Positions 37,694-51,307 are shown, numbered from the stretch's first letter. The stretch is DNA of 64,000 nt from Octopus vulgaris (GCA_951406725.2 OX597837.1:26040001-26104000), one strand, 5' to 3'. The notes: a model not told the origin generated them from the sequence alone. A program made the numbers and translations.

Positions 37694-38711
37694 TGTATGG
37701 ATACATATACATACAGAGTAAGGTCTAACATGTGAAATACAAAGAGTTGAAAGACTGAAATTAACTGAGATTATCTTTGAGATTAGAAGAAAAAACCTCC
37801 CACTAGGAATGTCTAAGATCTAAAATCAAGCAAGGCAGAAAACTCCGATGCTATTACCTCATCCAAATATCCGTACATATACACGTATGTGTGTATGTGT
37901 GTGAGGTGTGTGAATAAACATGAGTAAGAATGTGAAAGTGTAGCGCGGTAAGGAACTCTGCATTGAGCAAACTATTGAAGAATGAAAGACACAGACACGA
38001 ATTTCCAAATATTCTAGAATTTCTGCTGTTCCGACCGATTTCTGCTGCCATCAAAAAGAAAAAAAAAAGACCAAAGAAAAATAGAGGGTGGGGGTGTTAC
38101 CTGGTTGAGCATCAATTTCCAAATGTTAAACTACTTTCATTCATAGAGTCACCTCATTACATAATTGTGTGGATGGGAGTATGTATGGATATGTACATGC
38201 GCATGTGTGTGTGTGTGTGGATGTATGTGTGCGTATGGGTGCATATTATGCAAAGTTCAGAAGTTCACATCCACCCATGAAACAAAACCCTCTCCCTTCC
38301 CTCCTGCTTCATATTACATAATTAGAAGAGAGAAAGCGAGAGAGAGAGAGAGAGAGAGGAAGTAGTAGGAAGAGAAGGAAGAGAGAGAGTCAGACATGAA
38401 CACACACACTCTCTCTCTCCCTCACACACGCACACACGTTATGTCATACACAGAACATACACTTTTGCAGAGATGTACACATACACACACACACATGCAT
38501 GCAAATGCATGTACAAATGAGAGACATAAATTTGCGTTTGATGTTTGCATATAAAATACATGTATACACCACATGTGTACATATCACATATACGCATGCA
38601 TATGTGAAAGAACCAGGCATGCAAATCACATATTCTACAGATACAACTATTCTACATAGGTGTATGTGTGTGTGTACACACTCACACATATATATATATA
38701 TATATATTTAC

Positions 38712-39200
38712 ACAGATGTATATAAGCTTGGCGTGTCATTACACACATATTTCTAGATTATGAAAACAAACACACCCATGTATGTGTAAATCACGGAGAC
38801 ACAAGTATATATAAGTCACTGAGATATATTGAACATAGGCACTGCGAAGTGCAATACCTAATTTACGATTAAGCTTAGTAGAGGGATCGACAATCCATTC
38901 TTATATCCAATGTAGCATCAACCTCCAGACAGGCTAGAAAGCGGAATAAGGGTTATGTTATAGAATTATATATATAAAAGTAATTATTGCAGAACACTGA
39001 TGAAGTGCGATGCAAGAAGATTATATTGTGTTTATACAATTGTTATGTAACTATGCTGGGAGGTTGCTGAAACACATGTATGTTCTATAAAGCATTGAAT
39101 ACCAAACCTGATTTCTGTAAGTTATTAATCCTCTGCTAATGTATGAAACTTTTGGCACTTACGTGACTCTGTAACTTCTGTTGATTATTAATAATAAATG

Positions 39201-39249
<49 letters not shown>

Positions 39250-40453
39250 AATATATAGCAGGCACATTTACACATAAGCATGTATGAATCACACAGTATT
39301 ATCCATAATATTTTAAAATCCTTTCTGTCCATTTTCTTTGCATACAATCTTGTAGTAATGGAGTAATAACTTAAGTGGTGTGTAGAACATTTGAAGTCTA
39401 TTTCTAGCGTACAGGAGTTGTTGTTTCAACGCCCTTATTATAGCTTTATAATTATACTGAAATATAACCATTAACCATTACGGTCTTGTCAGTACGCTGG
39501 TCACTGATAAATCACTAAATAATGACTTTATCCAAATTATGTATAAGTATATATTAATTCACTCCACAAACATATTTGCAGAATTGTTCTGAGTAAATAA
39601 CCACATAATCGAAATGGCTTTCAGATTTTACAACGTATATACGTGTGAAATGTATGTATATTGCTCATATTTGTACGACTGTATACCTATGGTATGTAAA
39701 TTTATTTCTCATTTATTTACAATTGGTTTACAATACTGAAGAGTAGAAAGCGTCGTTAATACTGAAAACTGTGAAATCTTAAGATATAGTATTATCCACA
39801 ATATATTAACCCTTTAGTGTTTAAACCGGCCATATCTGGCCCAAATGTTATACATTTACACAGATGTATAGAAGCTTGGCGTGTCATTACACACATAATT
39901 AAAGATTAGGCTCAGTTGAGGGATCCACACTCCATTCCTATATCCAATGTAGCATCAACCTCCAGACAGACAAGACAGTGGAATAAGGGTTATGTTACAG
40001 AATTATATATATAAAAGTAATTATTGCAGAACACTGATGAAGTGCGATGCAAGAAGATTATATTGTGTTTATAACTGGCCATATCTAACCTCTCACACCT
40101 AACCTACATAGACATTATAAAAATATATAATCACATCATTGAAACCTCAAAGCTGTAAGATGATCCAGGATTAATTCAAAACAATTTGAGTGAAAAAGCA
40201 TTACATTTAACAGAGTAATCTGAACATTAAAGGGTTAAAATCCTTTCTGTCCATTTTCCTTGTATACAACCTTGTTGTAATGGAGTAATAACTTAAGTGG
40301 TTTGTAGACCATTTGGGGTCTATTTCTAGCATACAAGTGCTGTTGTTTCAATGTCCTTATTATAATTTTATAATTATACGGTAATATAAATCAACCATTA
40401 TGGTCTTGTTAGTACGCAGGTCACTGATAAATCATTAAATAATGACTTTATCC
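38712..40453. repeat. Local duplication interleaved with a piggyBac MITE
   Basis: 38712-39035 resembles 39856-40072; 39315-39533 resembles 40237-40453; MITE termini at about 39806 and 40237. Confidence 0.8.
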
Positions 40454-40454
40454 T

Positions 40455-40845
40455 ATAGGAGCGGCTGTGTGGTAAGTAGCTTGCTTACGAACCACATGGT
40501 TTTGGGTTCAGTCTCACTGCATGGCACTTTGGGCAAGTGTCTTCTATTATAGCCTTGGGCCGACCAAAGCCTTGTGAGTGGATTTGGTAGACAAAAACTG
40601 AAAGCGGCCCGTCGTATATATGTGTGTGTGTGTATATATATGTGTGTGTGTCTGTGTTTGTCTCCCCAACATAGCTTGACAACCTATGCTGGTGTGTTTA
40701 CGTCCCCGTAACTTAGCGGTTCGGCAAAAGAGACCGATAGAATAAGTACTAGGCTTACAAAGAATAAGTCCTGTGGTCGATTTGCTCTACTAAAGCCAGT
40801 GCTCCAGCATGGCCACAGTCAAATGACTGAAACAAGTAAAAGAGT
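40455..40845 (+). mobile_element. SINE family A
   Basis: Consensus. Confidence 0.88.
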
Positions 40846-41064
40846 AATTATGCATTCATATCATAACTTAATTTTTGTTGTTTTTGTAAAATCTCAGAAA
40901 ATAATTAAAAATTCACATTTTTTATCAAATTATTTTGTTATATTTGTCTATCTATCCAACTGTAAACATACGTGTATACATACATTTATACATTTGTATA
41001 TATAAATTACACACACAGATACACATATTTCATCCCATTTTTCAACATAACATTCATCACTGAC

Positions 41065-41110
<46 letters not shown>

Positions 41111-41200
41111 GTTTGACATAGAATGTATACTTATCACTGCTGCAGTTGATCAAATATTAAATTTTCAACGTGTTTGACATTGTGTGAGATATGATGGATG

Positions 41201-41242
41201 TACTTACCTGAAAAAGACAGAAAAATGAGAAAATATAATTAG
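41201..41242 (-). promoter_or_regulatory. Candidate recursive splice site (ratchet point)
   Basis: Minus strand CTAATTATATTTTCTCATTTTTCTGTCTTTTTCAG|GTAAGTA: branch point, polypyrimidine tract, AG, then a perfect donor; junction at 41208/41207. Confidence 0.6.
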
Positions 41243-41716
41243 TGTTAAATAATCAAACAGTTTACGAGAGCTGAAAACAACAACAACAAGAAAAAAAAGA
41301 AGAAGCAAAACAAAACCAAAAAACAAAAACAAAAAAACAAACGAACAAAAACAAAATGTTAAAAATAGATATTTTGAAATTTGCTTTCGAAAGGAACTTC
41401 TAGAACTACTAGAGCTGGTTGTTAGGTGACAAGAGGAATTTTCACAGCAAAAATATAATTATTGCTGTACAGAAATATTACAGTATGGATTGCAGAAAGA
41501 GAGAAGTGGGGGGTCACGTTTTATATAATCAGAAGCTGAAAAAGTATGAATTACCCCCCCCCACCCCACCCCGACACAAACTAATTAGAGAATGGGTCAG
41601 GGTTGGCCAGGTGGTATGGTTCTATGTTTCTGAGGGAAGCAGGTTTCTCTCTCTCTCTTTAAAGGCAAACAGTGATCTCATTTATATATCTGTCAAGTTC
41701 TGTTATTCTGCTATAT

Positions 41717-42125
41717 TCTTACTCTTTTGTACTCTTTTACTTGTTTCAGTCCTTTGGCTGCGGCCATGCTGGAGCACCGCCTTTAGTCGAGCAAATCGAC
41801 CCCGGGACTTATTCTTTGTAAGCCCAGTACTTATTCTATCGGTCTCTTTTGCCGAACCGCTAAGTGACGGAGACGTAAACACACCAGCATCGGTTGTCAA
41901 GCAATGCTAGGGGGACACACAAACACACACACACATACATATATATATATACATACATATATATACGACAGGCTTCTTTCAGTTTCCGTCTACCAAATCC
42001 ACTCACAAGGCATTGGTCGGCCCGGGGCTATAGCAGAAGACACTTGCCCAAGATGCCACGCAGTGGGACTGAACCTGGAACCATGTGGTTGGTTAGCAAG
42101 CTACTTACCACACAGCCACTCCTGC
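41717..42125 (-). mobile_element. SINE family A
   Basis: Consensus. Confidence 0.9.
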
Positions 42126-42533
42126 AGTGACATTTTGCTTCCGGCAAGTTGCCTGGTTGATTTTACATTCAGTCGCCTTGAGATATTGACAAAATGTATG
42201 CCAGATGAAGTAATGGGCTAGAAATTATTGAAGCCGGTGCCCCAGAATATGTACAATCCAATGACTGAAACCAGTAAAAGAATAAAAGAGAATAAAGTTG
42301 TTCCAATAAAAATGGTAACCTTAAAAGACTTATCATTTATTTATATGTAGAAGTTATCTTACTGCTAAAGGTGTGAAGTTGTGTATCACAACAAATATGA
42401 TAAATTATTCTGGTAATAACAACAGATTTTATGTCAGGTTGGGGGAAGGGTGAAGAGAAGGGGAATCAGTGAAGAAATGTGATGGTTTATCAAAGTATTG
42501 GGTATTGAGAGAGAATTGTAAGTGCTTCAAAAG

Positions 42534-42536
<3 letters not shown>

Positions 42537-42597
<61 letters not shown>

Positions 42598-42609
42598 CAG
42601 ATATGGATA

Positions 42610-42655
<46 letters not shown>

Positions 42656-42842
42656 GAGAGAATAATAATAGAAAGAGAGCTAATATATATTTGAGAGAGA
42701 GAAAAGAGTAGAGAGAGAGAGAGAAAAGAGGAGAGAGAGAGAAAGAAAAGAGAGAGAGAGAGGGAGGGAAAAGAGTAGAGAGAGAGAGAGAGAGAAAAGA
42801 GTAGAGAGAGAGAGAAAAGAGTAGAGAGAGAGAGAAAAGAGT

Positions 42843-42903
<61 letters not shown>

Positions 42904-42915
42904 GAGAGAGAAAAG

Positions 42916-42952
<37 letters not shown>
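42537..42952. repeat. (GA)n/(TA)n compound microsatellite
   Basis: Direct reading. Confidence 0.95.
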
Positions 42953-42955
<3 letters not shown>

Positions 42956-43582
42956 TTTAACTTGAAGAAAAATACTGAAATATTTTGATTTGCCAACAGT
43001 AAAAATAGAAGAAGCAAAACATTTTCTTTTCGTTTACCAAAAGACGTCACGCAGCAACAGATTGGAAATAATTTGCCATGAAAGTGCATTAGAGAGAAGT
43101 ATTGAATGTTTAACCATTTTCTGTAGTGTTAGAATTGAACAAAGTGTACTGAAATGTTACTTAAGAACTTTACAAAGTGTATGGTGAAAATAATTCTTTG
43201 AAATATTTTGGTTCTCAGGTGAGCTGTGATGGAATATGACAAGAATTGGTTTGAAAATCATTTTTCCATTTGTCAGAGATTTCATTCCTGGTTTTATGTC
43301 GTTTCTTATCGAAGCCATTAGCAAGAAAAGCAGAGTCAATTGAAAAATATATGTACATCTTCTTGTAGAAAGAATACATCAGTTAAGGTGTCCTTCTTCT
43401 AGAAAGCAGAATGCCTCATTCGGTCTAAACTAGGAGTACATGTCAGACACTAAACAAGATCAATAGTCCACTACTTGTCTCCTGTAACAGTAGACTTTCA
43501 AATGTATCATCATCATCATCACCATCATCATCTAACATCTGTTTTCCATGCTGGCATGGGTTGAACAGAATGAGAGGAACTT

Positions 43583-43814
43583 AGGCGGCGAGCTGGCAGA
43601 AACGTTAGCAAGCTGGGCGAAATGCTTTGTGGTATTTCGTTTGCCGCTGCGTTCTGAGTTCAAATTCCGCCAAGGTCGACTTTGCCTTTCATCCTTTCGG
43701 GGTCGATAAATTAAGTACCAGTTATGCACTGAGGTCGATGTAATCGACTTAATTGCTTTGTCTGACCTTGTTTGTCCCCTCTATGTTTAGCTCCTTGTGG
43801 GCAATAAAGAAATA
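43583..43814 (+). mobile_element. SINE family B monomer inserted in a minus-strand RTE 3'UTR fragment (43506-43980)
   Basis: TSD-like AGAATGAGAG(G/A)AACT at about 43568 and 43815. Confidence 0.85.
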
Positions 43815-44204
43815 AGAATGAGAGAAACTGGTAAGGCCAGGGGTCTACACCAGGTTCTATAGTCTGTTTTAGCTTGGTTTCTACAGCTGGATGCCCTTCC
43901 TAATGCCAACCACTCCAGAGTGTACTGGATGCTTTTTATGCGACACCATCACCAGTGTTTTCCACATGGCACCAGCACCCACACCAATGGTTTTACGCAG
44001 CACCTTGGTTTTAGGATCTCAATTCTGTTGTGGTAGCCAGGTCTTCAAAAGTACAGCAATGCCCCACATATCTCAGTCATTTCTGTCATCAAGTGATTTC
44101 ATAGCACTGCTAACACAGTAGAACATAGTACTGACTTATAAGAACATTTGATACACTTTATAGTACATTACAGTTGCATAACAAAATACAGTGTCCCTAC
44201 AAGT

Positions 44205-44606
44205 CATACGAGTGAGATCATTGCCTGAGCAACAAACTGGCCTTCGTTCCGGTGGCACATTAAGCACACCATTCGAGCATGATTGTTACCGCATCGTCTT
44301 ACTAACACTTGTGCTGGTGGCATGTGAAACATTCGAGCGAGGACGTCGCCAGTGCCGCTGGACTGGCTCCTGTGCAGGTGGCGCGTAAAAAGCACCATTT
44401 GGACGTGGCTGTTGCCAGTACCACCAAACTGGCCCTCGTGCCGGTGGCACATAAAAGCACTCACTACACTCTCGGAGTGGTTGGCATTAGGAAGGGCATC
44501 CGGCTGTAGAAACTCTGCCAGATCAGATTGGAGTCTGGTTCACCAGACCTCAGTTAAATCGTCCAACCCATGCCAGCATGGAAAGCGGACGTTAGATGAT
44601 GATGAT
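44205..44606 (+). mobile_element. RTE 3'UTR fragment
   Basis: Modules plus (GAT)n tail. Confidence 0.85.
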
Positions 44607-44633
44607 ATATACATATATATATATATATATATA

Positions 44634-44764
44634 CTTTATTTTAAGCAGCAGAAAATTCAACAAAATCTGTTACTCTGAGTTTCTCGTTGCTGTTCATCAG
44701 ATGAACGGCAACGAGAAACTCAGAGTAACAGATTTTGTTGAATTTTCTGCTGCTTAAAATAAAG
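44634..44764. repeat. Near-perfect palindrome (65-bp arms, 1-nt centre), probably an inverted Penelope terminal repeat
   Basis: Arms 44634-44698 and 44700-44764 with one mismatch (44691/44707). Confidence 0.9.
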
Positions 44765-44835
44765 CATATTACTCTACCACTGGTATTTGAGTACTCTTTT
44801 TTCCACCTTGTTTCACATTTATGTGTTTACTCCGG

Positions 44836-44873
<38 letters not shown>

Positions 44874-45189
44874 GTCCTGGGTATTGCATTAAACTGCATC
44901 TAGTGGTAAGACTTTCTCATTGTGTCTCTCTCTGTCTATGTCCTCCCTCTTACACTTTCTCTCTCTCTTCCTCCTATACTTCCTCTCTCTTCCTTTCTCT
45001 CCCCCCTATTTCTCTTCCACCCTCACCCACACACACAATCACTTCTAGTTTCAACTGACTCCTCAAATTACAATTCCAAGCAGAAATGTAAAAAATAATA
45101 TCAAATGTTTTTCAAAATTTAATTCCATCCAACACGATTTTCAGTCAAAAGACATTTTTATCTGATTAAAAGAGAAACAAACAAACAAA

Positions 45190-45224
<35 letters not shown>

Positions 45225-46007
45225 GCCTAACCAAAACCAAATGTTATTGTGATTTCTGATATTTCAGTCCCTGCCAGGAGTGAAAGAGTCTCTGGTTTTG
45301 TAACATTACAATAGATGTAAGAGAGAAACATGGTGAGAGAAAAAGGATAGGAGGGAGGGAGGGAGAGAGATGGAGAGAAAGAGAGAGAAAGGGAGAAAGA
45401 GGAGGAAGGGAGAGAAAGAGAAAGAGGAGGAAGGGAGAGGAGGAGAAAGAGGGATGGGGAGGAGGAAGAGATGGAGAGAGAAGTAAAAAAGAACTTCAAA
45501 AAACCATGAAAAGACTCAAGATTAATCACCTTACGACATTTGACTCTTTCATGCTCAGCTAAATTTGGTAAAAATTCTCACACACTGGCACCACCACCAC
45601 CACTACTGCTGCTGCCATTGACACCAACACTACTACTACTACTACACACTCAAGCAGCTATAAACTACCACCACCAACACCACCATCGTCACCTCAACTG
45701 CCATCACCATCATCACCACCACCACCAATAACACAACCATCACCACAAGAGCCAACAACAAAATCCTTATGTGGTTACACAACCTGTTAAAAATAAGACA
45801 AACTCTTCCTCAAATAATGCTCTATCATCTTAAAAATTGAGGGACATATTTGATAATGGCATCGCTGTGTAGTAAGCAGGTTGCTGATGAAGTCCCAACA
45901 TGGGACCGAAACCACTCCAGCCAATCCCTCTTTCCTGCTCACAAAGATATCAAGTGTGTGTGTGTGTGTGTGTGTGTGTATGTATATATATATATATATA
46001 TGTGTGT

Positions 46008-46222
46008 GTGGAGGCGCAATGGCCCAGTGGTTAGGGCAGCGGACTCACGGTTGTAGGATCGCGGTTTCGATTCCCAGACCGGGTGTTGTGAGTGCTTATT
46101 GAGCGAAAACACCTATAGCTCCACGAGGCTCTGGCAGGGGGTGGTAGCGATCCCTGCTGTACTCTTTTGCCGCAACTTTCTCTCACTCTTTCTTCCGTTG
46201 GCCTGCTCGCTTAGCCAGCGGG
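46008..46222 (+). mobile_element. SINE head type C with tail Y, truncated
   Basis: A and B boxes; continues GTTGGCCTGCTCGCTTAGCCAGCGGG. Confidence 0.85.
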
Positions 46223-47163
46223 ATGGAATAGCTTTGATCATATATCTGATACTAAGAATGGCTGGGTGGTTAGAAAGCTTGCTTCTCAATCACATGGTTT
46301 CAAGTTCAGTCCCACTGCTTGAGCACCTTGGACAAGTGTCTTCTGCTATAGCAGGAGTGGGGGAAACTATTTAGTGCAGTGGGCAAAAACCCCTATGGGA
46401 CGACCTAGATGAAATGAGATTATTGTAAAAAAAATAAAAGACAATTCGTAGCATTCCATTAAATAAGTTTAAAAACATAATGCAGAAACAAATGGAAAGC
46501 GGACATAGAAGGTCACCAGATCTTCATCAGTAATTGGCCAAAGAATCAATGCAATTTTGCCCCTTCAAACAATATATCTGTCAGTGTATGTGTGTATATG
46601 ATGGGTATCTTTCAGTTTCCATCAACCAAATTCACTCATAAGGCTTTTGTCAGTTGAGGGCTACTCAAGGTGCCACACAGTGGGGCTGAATTCAAAACCA
46701 TGCAGTTGGGAAGCCTATTTTTTAACCACACAGCCATCAAATGCAGGACTTCGCCATATCGAAGTGCACTTCTTAACCACCCAGCTAAACCTGTGTGTGC
46801 ATGTAAACACACACACACGCACAAACTTGATGTCCCAGGGTGATAAATATCCAGACAAAACAGTTGATTTTACTGAAATATTGATGCTTTCTAGGAAAGG
46901 TGTTTGAAGCAGTGAGTTTTATATGACAGAAAGGTGTGAAGAGTGTAGTTAACACTCTGGGTTTTCATTATGGAAATCAAAACAATAATGTTTGTTGGAG
47001 AACTACAGGTTTTAGTCTGTTTACTATTTTTTCGGGGTGGGGGAAAAAAAAGGAGAGGAAGAGGGTTTAGTGGAGATGGCAGTGGGGAGGAGAGGGGTTG
47101 TTTTGTTTTAGTCCGCGAGTAGTGTTGGTATTTGTGAATTGGTTAATTAAGAAATAGGCTGTG

Positions 47164-47205
<42 letters not shown>

Positions 47206-47816
47206 ACTGTCTTCATTACCAATTCTACAAAAAAAACTAATGCCATTGCCATCATCATCATCATCATCATCACAACCATCACTGCCATTGTCACCATCCT
47301 TACCATCACCATCATGAATAATATCACAATGAATTCGTCTCCACTATCATCATCATCATCACAATCATCTCCCTAGTTTTCATTAATGTTATCATCTCAC
47401 TAGTTCCATCATCATTATCACAATCATCATCATCACTACCATCACCACCACCACCACCATCATCATCAATACCATCACCAATCAATATTCATCATACAAC
47501 ACAGTCTGTAATTTATTCAGCCCATATTTTACAATTGTGTATTATGTTGTGTGAAAATTTTTTGTTTCCTTACATAAAATTATGAATTTCTCAAGAAGAA
47601 CAAAAAAAACAAACAAAAAAAAAACAAAAAACAGAAGAACCATTACTGTTAAAGTGATTGTGTTAATTAGAATTGTAAAACTGATTGCATTAATTAGAAT
47701 TGTCAACAACAAGTGATGAAAATGTTTGCTTTTAAACAATATTTACGCTTAGTAAATTGCAGTTTGAAAATGCAAGCATGGGTGTGTGCATGTGCCATTT
47801 CTGTGAATAGACACAT

Positions 47817-48127
47817 CACCGTGATCACCGTGACCGACCAGGCTATCAGATGTTGCCACACATCGCTGGTCACAATGCACTTTGCATTGTTTTAGCCTTC
47901 AAGTGACGCCACCCTGCTGGCTAAGCAAGCAGGCCAACAGAAGAAAGAGTAAGAGAAAGTTGTGGCGAGAGAATACAGCAGGGATCGCCACCACCCCCTG
48001 CCGGAGCCTCGTGGAGCTTTAGGCGTTTTCGCTCAATAAACACTCCCAACGCCCGGTCTGGGAATCGAAACCACGATCCTACAACCGCGAGTCCGCTGCC
48101 CTAACCACTGGGCCATTGCGCCTCCAC
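47817..48127 (-). mobile_element. SINE head type C with tail Y, full length
   Basis: 12-bp TSD GAATAGACACAT at 47805 and 48128. Confidence 0.9.
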
Positions 48128-48919
48128 GAATAGACACATAATGCCCACAAAATATTTTGATGAGTTATCTTATTCGTTATGTTAAAATACAACTCTACGT
48201 GTACACCTATATGCATACCTATATGTATGAAAGGGCGCTTTAGTGTTGATGGTGTAACTGATTACATACTAAGAAACAGCTGTAAACATAGAGCAAGTAT
48301 TTTATCTCTCACTTCTATTGAATTCGACTAATGGGGGGAGGAGGAAAGAGATACAAATAGGAACAGTAAAAAACGAAGAGATGGAAGAGGAGAGGAGACC
48401 CTAAAAGGGGGACGTGGTCAGAAGGATTTTTGTATACTCAAATTTAAAATTAAACATATGTGTGTGTGGTCATAACCATATCACCATCATTTTATGTCCA
48501 GTTTTCATGTTGGCATGGGTTAGACAGATCAGTGGAAGTTTCCAGAATGTAAAGATGGATGAAATGCTGCTATGCATTTCACTCAACATGCTAACGATTC
48601 TGCCAGTTCACCACCTTAATAATAATAATAATAATAATCATATCCTACGCAAAATACTTTCTATGTAATCTCAAGGTTTAAAACAAACATAATTTCCAGT
48701 TTTTTTTTTCTTAGACATTAACTAGTACAACACTAAATACAAAACCAAATATATGGCACACTAGGCATAACAACATCATGAACTTCCAACCTGTTGTATC
48801 TTGAGGTCTCTGGGTGAGACTTGGAGCCAACTTGTACAAATATAAAGCAAAAGTCAAACGTAGAATAATAATAATAATAATGATAATAATAATAATAATA
48901 ATAATAATAATTATTATTT

Positions 48920-49310
48920 CTGCTATAGGCGCAAGGCCTGAAATTTGGGGCAGGGGACAAGTTGATTACATTGACCCGAGCGTTTCACTGGTACTTAATT
49001 TACTGATCCCAAGAGGATGAAAGGCAAAGTGGACCTTGGAGGAATTTGAACTCAGAACGTAAAGATGGATAGAATACCTATTTCTTTATTACCCACAAGG
49101 GGCTAAACACAGAGGGGACAAACAAAGACAGACATAGGTATTAAGTCGATTACATCGACCCCAGTGTGTAACTGGTACTTAATTTATCAACCCTGAAAGG
49201 ATGAAAGGCAAAGTTGACCTCAGCAGAATTTGAACTCGGAACGTAACGACAGACGAAATACTGCTAAGCATTTCGCCCAGCGTGCTAACGTTTCTGCCAG
49301 CTCATCGCCT

Positions 49311-49311
<1 letters not shown>
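48920..49311 (-). mobile_element. SINE family B, dimeric
   Basis: Two GGATGAAAGGCAAAGT units; set in (TAA)n. Confidence 0.85.
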
Positions 49312-49366
<55 letters not shown>

Positions 49367-49370
49367 CTGA

Positions 49371-49401
<31 letters not shown>

Positions 49402-49989
49402 ATGTTTCATGTTGCAGAAACAAACAGATTATTAGGCAGCAGGTGGCAAGTGAGGACAGACGCAAATGTCATTTCCAGTTTTGACATTAGAGAGAAGTGT
49501 GCCAAGCTGTAAAGGTCTGATCAGTTAACATTTCTAAGTTAACCAATCGAAAAGGAAGCAGCAGAGATGATGATGATGATGATCACAAGAGATAGAAGGA
49601 TGAGGGAAGCCAACCTGAAGAGGCATAACAACAACAACAATAGCAACAAAAGCTGCAACTGTAAAGGAGTTCTATTGGTAAGGAAGAAAACACGTCTTGA
49701 AATTTTTAAGAAACAAATAAGCACATGTTTAAGGTTGTTGTGAAATTCAGCCCCTGGAGGAATTTTTTTTTTCAGCAGTCTAGGGTGAGAACTGAACCCA
49801 CTGAACTCACATGAGCTTAATGACAATTTTCTCACTTCTCTCTAAGGACAGACATGAGTAGGTGTAGGTTTGGCTATGTGGTAAGACATTGGCTTTGCAA
49901 CCAAATGGTTCTGGGTTCAGTCCCATGGTGTGGAATCTGCTACAAATCCAGCCAACCCATGTCTTGTGAAAGAAGCCTGTTGCGTATCA

Positions 49990-50244
49990 TGCTGGTGGCA
50001 CGTAAAAAACACCATCCGAATTGTGGCCAATGCCAGCGCCACCTTGACTGGCTTCCGTGCCGGTGGCACGTAAAAGGCACCCACTACACTCACGGAGTGG
50101 TTGGCGTTAGGAAGGGCATCCAGCTGTAGAAACACTGCCAGATCAAACTGGAGCCTGGTGCAGCCTTCTGGCTTCCCAGATCCCTGGTCGAACCGTCCAA
50201 CCCGTGCTAGCATGGAGAACGGACATTAAACAATGATGATGATG
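49990..50244 (+). mobile_element. RTE 3'UTR fragment
   Basis: Modules plus (GAT)n tail. Confidence 0.85.
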
Positions 50245-50579
50245 TGTGTTGTTACTGTTTCCTTGCCTCGCCATCATGTGATAGCTGTAATCAAGTGTCA
50301 TCAACACAGAGCAGTACCTTTCATTTCCAACCTTTCATGGAAACATATCCAGCCATAGAGACTGGGTTCTCATTCCTAAGGTATTTTTTGATGTTGTTGT
50401 TATTATCATTATTATTATCATTATTATCATAATTATTATCACTATTATTATTATTATTATTATCACCATTATTATTATCATTATCATTATCATTATTATT
50501 ATTCAGGTCACTGTATGGAATCAAACACGGAATCTTGGTGTTAGTAGCCCGCGCTCTTAACCACTACGCCACATGTCTC

Positions 50580-50728
50580 CAGGTTTGAAATTTCCCCAAG
50601 ACACCTGATGAAGGCTGGAGGGTATATCAGCTGAAAACGTTGTGTTAACAACAAACAAGATGAGGACAAATATCCATTAAATGTAAATAATATACATAAT
50701 TCCTCATCTCTTAAGTATAGAACTGTAT
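50580..50728 (+). mobile_element. Penelope-type terminal-repeat fragment with a minimal hammerhead motif
   Basis: gacac-CTGATGA-a-ggctg-gagggtatat-cagct-GAAA-acgt-t-gtgtt at 50600-50646. Confidence 0.6.
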
Positions 50729-50883
50729 CCACTTATGTTCTTTCATATATACATATTTACATACATGTACATGTGTGTGTGTGTGTCTGTCTGTATCTAT
50801 CTACACACACATACAACAGATCTGTTTTTCGCAACCAATAATATATTATTTTACTTTGCTACAGAAGAAACCTCAGTTTTTAT

Positions 50884-50919
<36 letters not shown>

Positions 50920-51307
50920 TCATGTCGTTGGCTTCTAGAATCTTCTATCGTTACTGCAATAAACTCCAATAACAATGTGACCAACTTTAAACAGTAAGAG
51001 CACAGCATACAACAATACATCAGCACTTTTAATGCATTTAAAGCGATCATTTGTTGGAAATGCTTTTAAAAATTTACTCCACCTGCTGAGGAATATGTTT
51101 AGAGATCCATTTGTTCAATATTCTGGCAGTATCACTCCTGTTGTTTACAGCATGTCTAAATCTTCTTTAACCATTATATCTTCATTTATATTTTCACACA
51201 CACACACACACACATCAAATGGCGAAGATGATGATGAAGATGAAGAGTGTTACTCAGTAGTCATCATTTTTACATGTGAAGGTGGCAAGCTGGCAGAATT
51301 ATTAACA

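Noticed and set aside
39736-39770. CTGAAGA-gta...tac-tGAAA hammerhead-like motif
   Set aside because: Stems I and III cannot be formed convincingly
43205-43224. Second AG|GT motif, TTTTGGTTCTCAG|GTGAGC, on the plus strand
   Set aside because: Short interrupted pyrimidine tract, no clear branch point, weaker donor, and opposite strand to the strong site
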